Assembly (NCBI RefSeq): GCF_963921235.1
Contig: NC_086101.1
Location: forward strand, 9,736,001-9,800,000
Origin: Mobula hypostoma
Lineage: Eukaryota
Direction: 5' to 3'
DNA: 64,000 nucleotides
Each line of letters opens with the position of its first letter. The stretch's first letter is position 1. The notes under the pieces are model-generated. The model saw only the letters and a program-made list of their open reading frames with translations, had not been told where the DNA came from and ran no database searches. The translations under genes and the position numbers were made by a program. Shown here one piece after another: positions 63,611 to 64,000 of this stretch.

Positions 63611-64000
63611 TTCCATGTCTTTGCAATGTAGAGGAAAACAAGAGCATCTGGAGTAAACTCATGCAATCACAGGGAGAACGTAAAACCTCCTTACTGAGAG
63701 CAGCGGGAATTGAACCCAAGTTGCCAGGGCTGTAATCAGGTTGTGCTAACCACTTTGCCACGGTGCCATGCAAATCATCTCCCATCTACCATCAAACAGG
63801 AGGTCCAGAAGCCTAAAGTACCACAGATGTTACATAGATGGCATGCAAATCATTTTTTTCACTGTGCCTCGGTTACATGTGACAATAATACACCAATTTA
63901 CCAATTGCTCTGACTATCAGTATGTCTCTGAGGATGTGGGAGAAAACCAGCACACCCAAAGGAAACCCAGGTGGTCACAGGAAGAACACGCAAACTCCAC

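Overview
Eukaryotic, repeat-dense window. The repeat repertoire (CR1, Rex1/Babar-like, Tx1-type L1, Penelope and derived short elements) points to a cartilaginous fish, probably a ray; this is an inference. Most ORF-track entries are retroelement debris. The only host gene I can support is a complete four-exon TNF-alpha-type gene on the minus strand. Its CDS exons are 43388-43573, 42557-42599, 40366-40431 and 37532-37947 (711 nt, 236 aa, intron phases 0/1/1, all GT-AG). No lymphotoxin-like neighbour is visible. Around the gene are: an in-frame tandem splice donor, a probable branch point lying in a CR1 tail, a kB-motif-bearing minisatellite in intron 2, a possibly long transposon-fragmented 3' UTR with its AU-rich element only next to a distal poly(A) signal, a CTCF-like site, and a CpG-rich kB island about 28 kb downstream of the stop codon. 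Mobile elements include a solo LTR with a 4-bp TSD, a Sola2-like DNA transposon relic, a hAT end, nested CR1s and an inverted pair of near-identical young CR1s flanking TNF. Repeat boundaries are approximate unless a TSD or terminus is quoted. All regulatory calls are motif-level inferences.
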